From positions 18,414,001 through 18,478,000 of the forward strand of contig JBHGNT010000009.1 of the NCBI GenBank assembly GCA_043228905.1: DNA of 64,000 nt, read 5' to 3'. Below, one piece after another: positions 36,413 through 48,235 of this stretch. The position numbers and the translations under genes were made by a program. The stretch is from Azolla caroliniana. Taxonomy: Eukaryota > Plantae > Polypodiophyta. Within the stretch, counting starts at the first letter, position 1; every line of letters begins with the position of its first letter. Under the pieces are notes generated by a model that saw only the letters and a program-made list of their open reading frames with translations, ran no database searches and had not been told where the DNA came from.

Positions 36413-36859
36413 TGTCAGGAATAGTACTAAAGCAGAGATGGAATTAGTACTAAGAAGAGCAGTATTATTAGTACTAAGAGGACGGGACTGCGTAAGATTC
36501 CCGACAGAGGAAGTGAGAAGAGGAAAGAGAGAGAGATACCGAGGATGAGAGAGAGAGAAAGATTATGACAGTAGCTAATATATTATGTGAAAAGATAAGT
36601 ACAAAGCGGCTGAGAGGCTTAAGACTGGCGTTGAACCAATTTGGTTCAACATAATGCCTAGTGCCTTCTTTTATAGTGTTGTCAGGAGTAATCCTGAAAC
36701 TTCTAGAATGTTCCAGAGAAATCTGGAATATACATTACTTTCTTATAATAAAACATAAATGAAAATAATATCCTATGAATTACAATAGATGGTGTGATGG
36801 GTAAGAGCTCGACCCATATACCATAAGGTCATGGGTTCGAGTCTTGCCATATGATGACA
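36413..36859 (-). repeat. 3' LTR, chromovirus copy 1
   Basis: TGTCA...TGACA termini; direct repeat of 41305-41753. Confidence 0.93.
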
Positions 36860-36870
36860 CTATCTCCCCC

Positions 36871-39800
36871 TTAAAGACGACGAGTGGAACGAGTCGGCGC
36901 TGATTGCGAACCGGGTTTGTCCGGATACTTTCGGTGGAAATCAGCAAGCAGATCCTGAGCATTGGCAACATGCTCGACGGGTTCCCAAGTGCATTCGCTC
37001 GGACTATAACCAACCCAATTGACCAAATAATAAAGTTTGTTGCGATACTCCGGGCCGACGTCTAACTCCAACGGGGGCGGCGGTGGTGTAACACGATCGG
37101 GAATGGTGTTTGCTTTATAAGGTTCAAGAAGAGAACAATGGAAAACCGGATGTATCTGAAGCTGCGGAGGGAGATCAAGGCGGAATGTGACATCATTAAC
37201 TTTACCCGTAATACGGAAAGGACCGAGTCGTCGATAATCCAACTTGTCGCACGGTCGAGTAGTCTTGATGGGACGACGTAAGAGCCATACTCGATCTCCG
37301 ATGGCAAAAGATGAGGGAAGCCAATGACGATGCGCGTAAGTCTTCTGTGTCTGTTGAGCATGACGAAGATGAGTCGAGAGATCTGTCTGGATCTTGCGTA
37401 GTCTCTCCAAATGATCCCCGACACGAGGATTGGTAGGTAGCTCCGGGGTGTCGATCACCGACCAGCGAGGATGAGAACCGGTATAAGCGTAGAATGGGGA
37501 GACTCGAGTCGAGGAGTGAACAGCATTATTATACGCAAACTCCGCAAAGTGGAGAATCTCGGCCCAATCGTCCTGTTGATAACTTAGGAAACACCGAAGA
37601 TATTGCTCTAACGTTTGGTTTGTTCGTTCTGCCTGCCCATCGGTCTAAGGATGGTAGCCGGAGGAGAGGTTGCAAGAGACCTTGAGCATCTTGAAGATAT
37701 GCTGCCAAAATTTGGAGACAATTTGCGGTCCTCGGTCACTGATTGATACTGTCTGGGAGGCCATGATGCCGAAATACCTCACGCATGATTAGGGCAGCGG
37801 TTTCCTCGCTAGTGATGGCCTTAGTACACGGAACAAAATGTGCCATCTTCGTATATCGATCGATGATGGTTAAGATAGCATCGAACCCCTGCGAGACCGG
37901 CAGATCTGTAATAAAATCAAGACAAATAGACTGCCACGGCTTACTTGGAATCGGTAAGGGTTCCAACAAGCCATATGGATGGTGTCATGGCATCTTTGCT
38001 CGGCAGCAAGCATCACAGGTCCGAACGTAGTCGTGAACAAAATGGCGCATGTGGGGCCACCAAAAAGATCGTTGCACTAGCTCCAACGTCTTAGTACTAC
38101 CGAAATGTCCCGCCGTATGGGTGTTGTGACAATGCTGGACAATTTGAAGGCGACAGGAGTAATCGGGGACATATACGCACTTTTTAAAGAATAACAAACC
38201 ATCATGATATTCGAATTGTCGGTAGTCAATACCTGGTTGTTGAGACTAAGAACAGGATGCCCGAGAAGTATCAATGTGCGCAAGGATGTCTTGAGCAAAA
38301 CTATCCGTCTTCAAGTTTGCACGTATGTCCTCGGTAATCCGTGAATCCATCGGGGTCTGAAAAATCCGCGTCGTGTGCAATCGTGTTGGTCCCAAGATTA
38401 CTTGCTTTTGATTATCAAATGTTGGATCACCAGGACGAGGTGCAAGATATGAACGCCGTGATAGTGCATCTGCTTTTCCTTGCTGCTTCCCCGGTCGATC
38501 TGTGATTTTGAAGTCGAAACGCGTGAGGAATTGCGCCCACCGAGCTTGTCGTCGATTTAGTATGCGAGCATTCTAGAAATAAGCAAGATTTTTATGATCA
38601 CTAAAGACAAAAACCTAATGTGGAGAGCCCTCTAAGAAATGCCGCCATTGTACAAATGAATCCACGATGGCTAATAACTCCTTGTCATGTATTTCGTAGT
38701 TGATTTCCGCAACATCGAATTTGCGTGAATGGAAAGCCACCAGATGCAACTCTTCTTTATCTCCTTGTTGAGAAAGGATGCTACCAAGGGCGAAATTTGA
38801 AGCATCGGCCTCCATGATGAATGGTTTGCTAGTATCCACATAAGCTAGAATCGGTGCTGATGTAAAGGCTTTCTTAAGATGCCGAAAAGCCATATCTGCT
38901 TCAATGGACCAAAGAAATGCTTGGCCCTTCTTCGTAAGTTGTGTGAGGGGTAAGATAATCTTCAAGTAATCCTGTATAAAATTACGGTAGAAGTTAGCAA
39001 AACCTAGAAAACATTGTACATCTCATACCGACCGTGGAATTTGCCACTCTAGTACAGTTTGGACTTTAGCTGGATCCATGGCGATGCCCTTTGAGGAGAT
39101 GACGTAGCCTAGAAATTCCACTTGCTTGCAGTCAAAGCTACATTTTTCTAGCTTGGCATAAAGACCATTCTCGCGGAGTCGCTTTAGTACTAATAGTACA
39201 TGAGAATCGTTCTCTTGCTGGGTCTTCGAATAAATCAATAGATCATCAAGATAGATGATCAAATAGATATCCAAGAGGTCTCTGAATATATCATTTGTCA
39301 TGTGTTGGAAGACTGCGGGTGCATTGGTTAGGCCGAACGGCATAACAGTATACTCGAAATGCCCATACCGTGTGCAAAAGGCGGTCTTCCATTCATCTCC
39401 CGGTCGGATCCGCACGAGGTTATACGCTCCTCGTAGATCGATTTTGGTAAAAAACTTGGCACCATTAACTCACTCCAAAAGACTTGATATAAGAGGAAGT
39501 GCATACCTATTCCGGATGGTGACCTTATTCAATCCGCAGTAATCAACGATGAGACGAAGTGAGCCATCTTTCTTCTTGACAAGGAAGATGGGTGCACCGG
39601 CCGGAGATTTCGAATGACGGATGAACCCGCTTGCCAAGTTCTCCTCTATGTAGGCTCGAAGGACTTCTAACTTGGTGGGTGACAAGTTGTAAATTGGTCC
39701 CCATGGTGGCTCAGTTCCTGGTTGTAAATCGATGGGACAGTCATAGGGACGGTGATGAGGAAGGGTACCGGCTTTTACCTTGACAAATACATCGGCATAA

Positions 39801-41230
39801 GGATGATATTTTGCCAGAAGTTGTACTGGAGTCCTTCTTAATAGTGCTGGAAGGATGTACTAATATTGCAAATAGGAACATTGCCTCCTTGTGTCCTTCT
39901 TCGCGTAATTGATGGAGTGAAATGGTCGAAACTCGGTGAGTAGATTCTTGGGGTGGTCGATAGCGGACTTCTCTTGTTCCTCAATCTATGGCTGGATTAT
40001 GTAATTCAAACCAAGGTAATCCTAGGACAATGGGATGCTCTGGACTACTAATTATATTAAATGATATTACACACACAAAACTACCTAGGACAACATCAAT
40101 GGGTTCTGATTCTTCTACAATATTCCCGGAAGCAATGGGACGACCATCAATGACCACTACAGATGCGGGACAAGGAAGTTTTCTTAGGGATATCTAAGAA
40201 GCTTGGGCAAAATTTCAAATCCATGAAACAGGAATTAGCTCCAGAATCTAAGAGTGCTAGGACGGGTACTGGGGGAGTACTTTTAGTACTAACAATGACT
40301 TGGGCTAGGAACACATTGCTAACTTGCTGGGAAGGAATGGAACCAGTAATGGGTTGTACAAATCTAGGGCTGCTGTCCAACCAAACGGCTCCTATTTTGG
40401 TTGGACTCAATCGTTTAACTCTTCATCTAATTGACTAAGGATTTCAAATTTGTTTGAGATACTTGGGCTATTAGTACTATGAATACTATCTGACACTCTA
40501 TTAGTACTATTAATACTATCTGACACTCCGAAGGGAAGAATTGACTCGGGTTTAGTAGAGGCGACGATTTGATTTACCTGTCTTCTTGGCCTATGGGGAC
40601 AATTGATGGCGATATGCCCTGGTCCACCGCAATAAAGGCATAATCGATTGGCAACGAGTAGACGGAAATTTGCCGCGTAGGCAGAGGCTGGACGATCGCC
40701 TTGACGCAATCTTCGGATCTTGTTGATCGCCGTCCTGATGTTGTCGGTATCTCCAAAGCATGCTTTAAACTCACCAATAAAATCTTCAAAGTTATTAAGC
40801 AAGGGTGATTGTTTTTCTAGAAGCGGAGCGAACCATGCCAAGGCTGAGCCGCTAAGTAACATGCCTATTAGGCCGACTCGAGATGCATCAGTGGGATATC
40901 AGGAAGGATGCATCTCGATGACTAAGCATACCTGATTAAGGAATCCCCGGAATTGCGATCACCTTCCATCAAATTTCACAGGAAGTCCAATCTTGGGCTC
41001 TTTATGAAATCCTTGGGGACTTGATCCTTGTTGTTGCAACGCTGCTTCAAGTTGTTGTACCTGTAATGCTAACTCCCCATGTTGTTGTTGCGTTTGTTAT
41101 TTTTCGAGAGCGATTTGTTGAAGATCCCCTATCAACCGTTGGTTTTCTTGTTCCAGGGCAACAAACTTTTCTTTTTGGCACTGTAACTCGGAGAAAACGG
41201 ATTGATATTCTTGGGCGCTAACAGTAGCCA
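36871..41230 (-). pseudogene. pol: gag-pol of chromovirus copy 1 (stops, frameshifts, internal deletions)
   Basis: ORF fragments 40407-40862 (gag), 40147-40410 (protease), 39023-39685 (RT), 38615-38965 (RNase H), 36871-38197 (integrase and chromodomain). Confidence 0.9.
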
Positions 41231-41304
41231 TAGTATAGGGAAAAGGGTAGGAAGATGAGGGAGAACGACAAGTAGGCTGGAGGAAAGGGAAAATTGGTTC
41301 AAAC

Positions 41305-41753
41305 TATCAGGAATAGTACTAAGGCAGAGATGGAATTAGTACTAAGAAGAGCAGTACTATTAGTACTAAGAGGACGGGACTGCGTAAGATTCCCGACAGA
41401 GGAAGTGAGAAGAGGAGAGAGAGAGAGAGATAGCGAGGATGAGAGAGAGAGAAAGATTATGACAGCAGCTAATATATTATGTGAAAAGATAAGTACAAAG
41501 CGGCTGAGAGGCTTAAGACTGGCGTTGAACCAATTTGGTTCACCATAATGCCTAGTGCCTTCTTTTATAGCGTTGTCAGGAGTAATCCTGAAACTTCTAG
41601 AATGTTCCAGAGAAATTTGGAATATACATTACTTTCTTATAATAAAATATAAATGAAAATAATATCCTATGAATTAGAATAGATGGTGTGATGGTTAAGA
41701 GCTCGACCCATATACCATAAGGTCATGGGTTCGAGTCTTGCCATCTCATGACA
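41305..41753 (-). repeat. 5' LTR, chromovirus copy 1
   Basis: Direct repeat of 36413-36859. Confidence 0.93.
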
Positions 41754-42390
41754 CACAGAGTCAAATGGCTTTGTTTCCGACATGTTGAATCTTTCTAGGA
41801 TCTTCATCATGTTTTTCTCTTGTCACAACCACGGTACTTTCTTACTTCTATCCTGAACTATGCGCATCCCTAAGATCTGTTTAGCAGGTCCAAGATCTTT
41901 CATGGCAAACGATTTTCCTAGAACTTTCTTCAAGCTTCCAATCTTCCTTGTATCTTGACCAACTATCAACATGTTATCTACATATAATAAGAGAATCAAG
42001 AAGTCACCTTCATCGTGCCTTTTAACGAACACATAGTGATCCGCATGTGTTTTCTAGAACGCATATGCCACCATGAAGGAATCAAACTTCTTGTACCACT
42101 GGCGTGGAGCTTGTTTTTGACCATACAAGCTTTTCTTCAGTCGACACACCTAGTTCTCTTTCCCTTTGTCCTCAAAGCCTTCAAGTTGTTGCATGTAGAT
42201 CTCTTCATCCAACTCCCCATGCAAGAATGTTGTCTTGACATCCAACTATTTGATATCCAGATCCATACTGGCAGCTATGCTCAGAACAATTTGGATGGAT
42301 GTCATCTTCACGACATGCGCGAATATTTTGTCGAAATCGATACCCTTTTTCTATTGGAAACCCTTCACCACAATGCGGGCTTTATACCTA
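41754..42390 (-). mobile_element. Ty1/copia remnant A, RT core
   Basis: LLLYVDNML, MKDLGPAKQILGM; upstream LDVKTTFLHG-like motif. Confidence 0.88.
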
Positions 42391-42391
42391 A

Positions 42392-42724
42392 TGTTGAAAT
42401 CGCCCTCTTCTAATGTGGAACAAGATCAACACTCTTCTTCTATAAGCTCCTATAAGATCATCAGTGGATAATTGATCGTAACATCTATAGCATAAAAGAC
42501 AAACAATACAACTAGTATGCCAAAGAGAGAGAGATAGTTGAGCACAATGTAAAGAATATATTACAACTTAAAGCAACAACCCCTTAACTACGGTTAAGTC
42601 AGTCAATTTATATCTTGACTAACTTAGGGCAACTGCCCTTCTCACTATTTTCATAAATAGCCTAAGCCTAGTGTGTACAAAAGGAGACAATGTGAATACG
42701 TCCATTAGAAGCCCGAATTCAACA
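42392..42724 (-). repeat. 3' LTR of Ty1/copia remnant B
   Basis: TGTTG...CAACA termini; minus-strand PPT GGGGGAG at 42725-42731. Confidence 0.8.
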
Positions 42725-42749
42725 CTCCCCCATAATGGGCGTATACATC

Positions 42750-43580
42750 TGAAATCTGTAGACCGAAATGAATGTACAATACAGATTGATACAAGGTTTA
42801 GGAACAGTCGAGAATTCGTTCGAGCCAGTGAACTCCGAAGATCAAAAGGCCGGATTGGCCGAGTTCGGAGAGACTAAAGCCGAAGTTCGAACTATCCAGG
42901 CCTATTGTCCGAGAAACGTTGTCGTAGTGTAATTCGTACACTACGTGAAAAGTTACATTTTTGGTCTCTCCGGATAGGACATGGAGTACCCGGTGAGAAA
43001 CGGACGAAGAGATCGGTAAGGAGATCCCGGTAAGAACCGGACAAAGAAAACTATCAAGCATCGGATAAAGCAGAACCGGAAAGAACCGGAAAGAGCCGGA
43101 TGAAGAGACGTATTTGTAAATAGAAGAAAGTATAAAAATATATATATTACATGCATAGGGCAAGATTCGAACCTTGCACCTCCATGTTAATAATGTTAAG
43201 CCTTATCATTATAGTAGGGTATTATGAATTGTAAAGTTATACTAAACTTTATTCCATGTAAAATTTCTATACATGCATGGTACAAAAGTTATTCATGCAT
43301 AGACACTCGAGTTAGAAAGAAAAGATGAGATAGAAAACTAATCATGCACATGCAGTGTGCATGAAAACTAAAGATAGAAAAAGCATGATGCTTGCATGTG
43401 ATAAACTTAGACTCTTCCAACACTATATAAGGAAGAGAGAAAGATGTGTAGAGGTTGTTGATTATTTTACAAGGGTTGATTAATATAAGATAATCGTGGG
43501 ATTCACGAATTTGCTAACTATTCTCTCTTAATTTGATTACTCACTAATACACTATACTCGTGGGATTCACGAGGTTTTCA
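42750..43580. mobile_element. Unclassified insertion (possible solo LTR) in the 3' region of copia B
   Basis: Non-coding, with short ACCGG-type repeats, a TATA motif and TGAAA...TTTCA ends; boundaries approximate; no clean TSD. Confidence 0.4.
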
Positions 43581-43729
43581 TATCTTTCTTTCTTACAATA
43601 TATTTCATATTCTTAATTGCCTTAGAATTTTCTTTCCTCCTAGTCCAAAACCCCAGCGGTTCCCACCTGACTCACGCAACGATCCAAAGCCGAAAGGCAC
43701 GACAACGTTCGGAGTGTCTGATTTAATTG

Positions 43730-44212
43730 GACTAATTCTTCATTATGCCCATTCGATGCCAAAGGGATCGAAATCGATCCGCCGAGAGGCACTTGGTTAG
43801 TGTGTCTGCGACATTAACGGTTGTCGATATTTTCTCTAGACCGATTTTCCCTGTAATGATGACATCCCGAACGAAATGATATCGAACGTCGATATGCTTG
43901 GAGGCGTTGTGATGAACGGGATTTTTCGACAGAGCAACAGCACCCTAACAGTCACTATACACAATTGGAGCCGAGCCGATTTCGGCTTGTCGAAACGTGC
44001 AGGTTTTCCGACCGATCCATAAGGCCTCTTTCGCCACATCGGATGCGGCTACGTATTCGGCCTCGGTCGTTGATGTGGCAATACACTCCTAAAGTTTTGA
44101 TTTCCATGAGATGGCTCCATTATTGAATTTGAAACAATATCTGGTTGTCAATTTACGGCTGTCTATGCAGCCCGCAAAGTCAAAGTCGATATATCCAACT
44201 CTACCTAAGATG
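43730..44212 (-). mobile_element. Ty1/copia remnant B, RNase H
   Basis: STTEAEYVA...KNPVHHNASKHIDVRYHFVRD...VADTLTK. Confidence 0.88.
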
Positions 44213-44653
44213 TGTCATGATATGGCAAGACTCGAACCCATGACCTTATGCTACATGGGTCGAGCTCTTACCATTAGACTATGAATTGTAATTTGTAGAA
44301 TATTATTTTAATTTACATTTTATCATAGAAAATTGATGTATATTCCAGATCTCTCTAGAACATTCTAGAAGCTTCAGGATTATTCCTAAAAACACTATAA
44401 AAGGAGGCACAAGGCATTGTTTGGAACCAAATTGGTTCAACGCCAATCTTAAGCCTCTTAGCCGCTTGTACTTATCTTTTCACATATTATATTAGTTGTT
44501 GTCATCATCTTTCTCTCTCTCATCCTCGCTATCTCTCTCTCTCCTCTTCTCACTTCCTCTCTCGGGAATCTTACACAGTCCCGTCCTCTTAGTACTAATA
44601 GTACTGCTCTTCCTAGTACTAATTCCATCTCTACTTTAGTACTATTCCTGACA
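44213..44653 (+). repeat. 5' LTR, chromovirus copy 2
   Basis: TGTCA...TGACA; TATA-like CTATAAAA near 44,395. Confidence 0.95.
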
Positions 44654-44655
44654 GT

Positions 44656-44666
44656 TTGAACCAATT
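44656..44666 (+). promoter_or_regulatory. Self-priming primer-binding site (TTGAACCAATT)
   Basis: Exact complement of LTR 44430-44440 (AATTGGTTCAA); no TGG-type tRNA PBS present. Confidence 0.75.
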
Positions 44667-44725
44667 TTCTCTTTCCTCCAGCCTACATGTCATTCTCCCT
44701 CATCTTCCTACCCTTTTCCCATACT

Positions 44726-45879
44726 ATGGCTACTGTTAGCGCCCAAGAATATCAATCCGTTTTCTCCGAGTTACAGTGCCTAAAAGAAAAGTTTGTTGCC
44801 CTGGAACAAGAAAACCAACGGTTGATAGGGGATCTGCAACAAATCGCTCTCGAAAAACAACAAACGCAACAACAACATGCGGAGTTAGCATTACGAGTAC
44901 AACAACTCGAAGCAGCGTTGCAACAAGGATCAAGTCCCCAAGGATTTCATAAAGAGCCCAAGATTGGACTTCCTGTGAAATTTCATGGAACGCGATCGCA
45001 ATTCCGGGGATTCCTTAATCAGGTATGCTTAGTCATCCAGATGCATCCTTCCCGATATCCCACTGATGCATCTCGAGTCAGCCTAATAGGCACGTTACTT
45101 AGTTGCTCAGCCTTGGCATGGTTCGCTCCGCTTCTAGAAAAACAATCACCCTTGCTTAATAACTTTGAAGATTTTATTGGTGAGTTTAAAGCCTGCTTTG
45201 GAGATACCGATAGCATCAGGACGGCGATCAACAAGATCCGAAGATTGCGTCAAGGCGATCGTCCAGCCTCTGCCTACGCGACGGATTTCTGTCTACTCGC
45301 CTCATATATCCCCTGGGATTATCAAGCCCTCATGGAGCAGTTTCGCTACGGCTTGCGCAATGATGTCAAAGATTTGCTTTTAACCTTCCCCGAAGAACCA
45401 AAGTCTCTTATGGAGGCAATCAGTCGAGCGGTCCGATGCGACAACCGCCTTTTTGAACGGCGTTCGGAACATCAGTTACAAATACCACGCTCTCGGCTGG
45501 AACCCACATACGCCTTAGTCACGGCTAAACCGTTTGCACGGGATGTACCTCAAGCCAATATTCCGACACCGATGGAGATCGACACCATGCGTCGACGCGG
45601 CCCGTTATCCGAAGAAGAAAAGCAACGACGACGTGCCAATCGATTATGTCTTTATTGCGGCTGACCAGGGCATATTGCCATCAATTGTCCCCATAGGCCA
45701 AGAAGACAGGTAAATCAAATCGTCGCCTCTACTAAACCCGAGTCAATTCTTCCCTTCGGAGTGTCTGATAGTATTAATAGTACTAATAGAGTGTCAGATA
45801 GTATTCATAGTACTAATAGCCCAAGTATCTCAAACAAATTTGAAATCCTTAGTCAATTAGATGAAGAGTTAAACGATTG
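44726..45879 (+). pseudogene. gag: gag of chromovirus copy 2 (premature stop at 45,662)
   Basis: Retrotransposon gag (LRQG, FRYGL, PMEID, LCLYCG zinc knuckle). Confidence 0.88.
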
Positions 45880-46414
45880 AGTCCATCCAAAATAGGAGCT
45901 GTTTGGTTGGACAGCAGCCCTAGATCTGTACAGCCCATTACTGGTTCCATTCCTTCCAAGCAAGTTAGCAATGTGTTCCTAGCCCAAGTCATTGTTAGTA
46001 CTAAAAGTACTCCCCCAGTACCCGTCCTAGCACTCTTAGATTCCATAGCTAATTCCTGTTTTATGGATCGAAATTTTGCCCAAGCTTCTTAGATATCCCT
46101 AAGAAAACTTCCTTGTCCCGCATATGTAGTGGTCATTGATGGTCGTCCCATTGCTTCCGGGAATATTGTAGAAGAATCAGAACCCATTCATGTTGTCCTA
46201 GGTAGTTTTGTGTGTGTAATATCATTTAATATAATTAGTAGTCCAGAGCATCCCATTGTCCTAGGATTACCTTGGTTTGAATTACATAATCCAGCCATAG
46301 ATTGGAGAACAAGACAAGTCTGATATCGACCACCCGAAAAATCTACTCACTGAGTTTCGACCATTTCACTCCATCAATTACGCGAAGAAGGACACAAGGA
46401 GGCAATGTTCCTAT

Positions 46415-47254
46415 TTGCAATATCAGTACATCCTTCCAGCACTATTAAGAAGGACTCCAGTACAACTTCTGGCAAAATATCATCCTTCTGCCGATGTATT
46501 TGACAAGGTAAAAGCCGGTACCCTTCCTCATCATCGTCCCTATAACTGTCCCATCGATTTACAACCAGGAACTGAGCCACCATGGGGACCAATTTACAAC
46601 TTGTCACCCACCGAGTTAGAAGTCCTTCGAGCCTACATAGAGGAGAACTTGGCAAGCGGGTTCATCCGTCATTCGAAATCTCCGGCCGGTGCACCCATCT
46701 TCCTTGTCAAGAAGAAAGATGGCTCACTTCGTCTCATCGTTGATTACCGCGGATTGAATAAGGTCACCATCTGGAATAGGTATGCACTTCCTCTTATATC
46801 AAGTCTTTTGGAGCGAGTTAATGGTGCCAAGTTTTTTACCAAAATCGATCTACGAGGAGCGTATAACCTCGTGCGGATCCGACCGGGAGATGAATGGAAG
46901 ACCGCCTTTTGCACACGGTATGGGCATTTCGAGTATACTGTTATGCCGTTCGGCCTAACCAATGCACCCGCAGTCTTCCAACACATGGCAAATGATATAT
47001 TCAAAGACCTCTTGGATATCTGTTTGATCATCTATCTTGATGATCTATATATTTATTCGAAGACCCAGGAAGAGCACGATTCTCATGTACTATTAGTACT
47101 AAAGCGACTCCGCGAGAATGGTCTTTATGCCAAGCTAGAAAAATGTAGCTTTGACTGCAAGCAAGTGGAATTTCTAGGCTACGTCATCTCCTCAAAGGGC
47201 ATCGCCATGGATCCAGCTAAAATCCAAACTGTACTAGAGTGGCAAATTCCATGA
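46415..47254 (+). CDS. pol: Reverse transcriptase fragment, chromovirus copy 2
   Basis: [48 protein letters not shown]. Confidence 0.93.
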   Translation: MQYQYILPALLRRTPVQLLAKYHPSADVFDKVKAGTLPHHRPYNCPIDLQPGTEPPWGPIYNLSPTELEVLRAYIEENLASGFIRHSKSPAGAPIFLVKKKDGSLRLIVDYRGLNKVTIWNRYALPLISSLLERVNGAKFFTKIDLRGAYNLVRIRPGDEWKTAFCTRYGHFEYTVMPFGLTNAPAVFQHMANDIFKDLLDICLIIYLDDLYIYSKTQEEHDSHVLLVLKRLRENGLYAKLEKCSFDCKQVEFLGYVISSKGIAMDPAKIQTVLEWQIP

Positions 47255-47392
47255 TCGGTACGAGATGTACAATGTTTTCTAGGTTTTGCTAACTTCTACC
47301 GTAAGTTTATACAGGATTACTCGAAGATTATTTTACCTCTCACGCAACTTACGAAGAAGGGCCAAGCATTTCTTTGGTCTGTCGAAGCAGAT

Positions 47393-48108
47393 ATGGCTTT
47401 TCGGCATCTTAAGAAAGCCTTTACATCAGCACCGATTCTAGCTCATGTGGATACAAGCAAACCATTCATCATGGAGGCCGACGCATCAGATTTCGCCCTC
47501 GGTAGCATCCTTTCTCAACAAGGAGATAAAGAAGAGTTGCATCCGGTGGCTTTCCATTTGTACAAATTCGATGTCGCAGAAATCAACTACGAAATACATA
47601 ACAAGGAGTTATTAGCCATCGTGGATTCATTTGTGCAATGGCGGCATTTCTTAGAGGGCTCTCCACATCAAGTCTTGTCTTTAGCGATCATAAAAATCTT
47701 GCTTATTTTCAGAACTCTTGCGTACTAAATCGACGGCAAGCTCGGTGGGCGCAATTCCTCACGCGTTTCGACTTCAAAATCACATATCGACCGGGGAAAC
47801 AGCAAGGAAAAGCAGATGCACTATCACGGCGTTCATATCTTGCACCTCGTCCTGGTGATGCAACATTTGATAATCAAAAGCAAGTAATCTTGGGACCAAC
47901 ACGATTGCACATGACACGGATTTTTCACACCCCGATGGATTCACAGATTACCGATGACATACGTGCAACCTTGAAGACGGATAGTTTTGCTCAAGACAGC
48001 CTGACGCACATTGATACTTCTCAGGCATCCTGTTCTCACTCTCAACAACCAGGTATTGACTACCGACAATTCGAATATCATGATGGTTTGTTATTCTTTA
48101 AAAAGTGA
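47393..48108 (+). pseudogene. pol: RNase H region, chromovirus copy 2 (frameshifted)
   Basis: [28 protein letters not shown] across two frames. Confidence 0.88.
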
Positions 48109-48235
48109 GTATATGTCCCCGATTGCTCATGTCGCCTTCAAATCGACTAACATTGTCACAACACCCATACGGCGGGACATTTCGGTAGTACTAAGACGTT
48201 GGAGCTAGTGCAACGATACTTTTTGGTGGCCCCAC

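Larger units (their letters stand above)
36413..41753 (-). mobile_element. Ty3/gypsy chromovirus (Tcn1-like) copy 1, both LTRs present, degenerate
   Basis: LTRs 36413-36859 and 41305-41753; PPT at 36860-36872; gag, protease (LLDSGA), RT (YLDD), RNase H, integrase and chromodomain fragments; decayed TSD tatag/cacag inside a copia RT. Confidence 0.95.
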
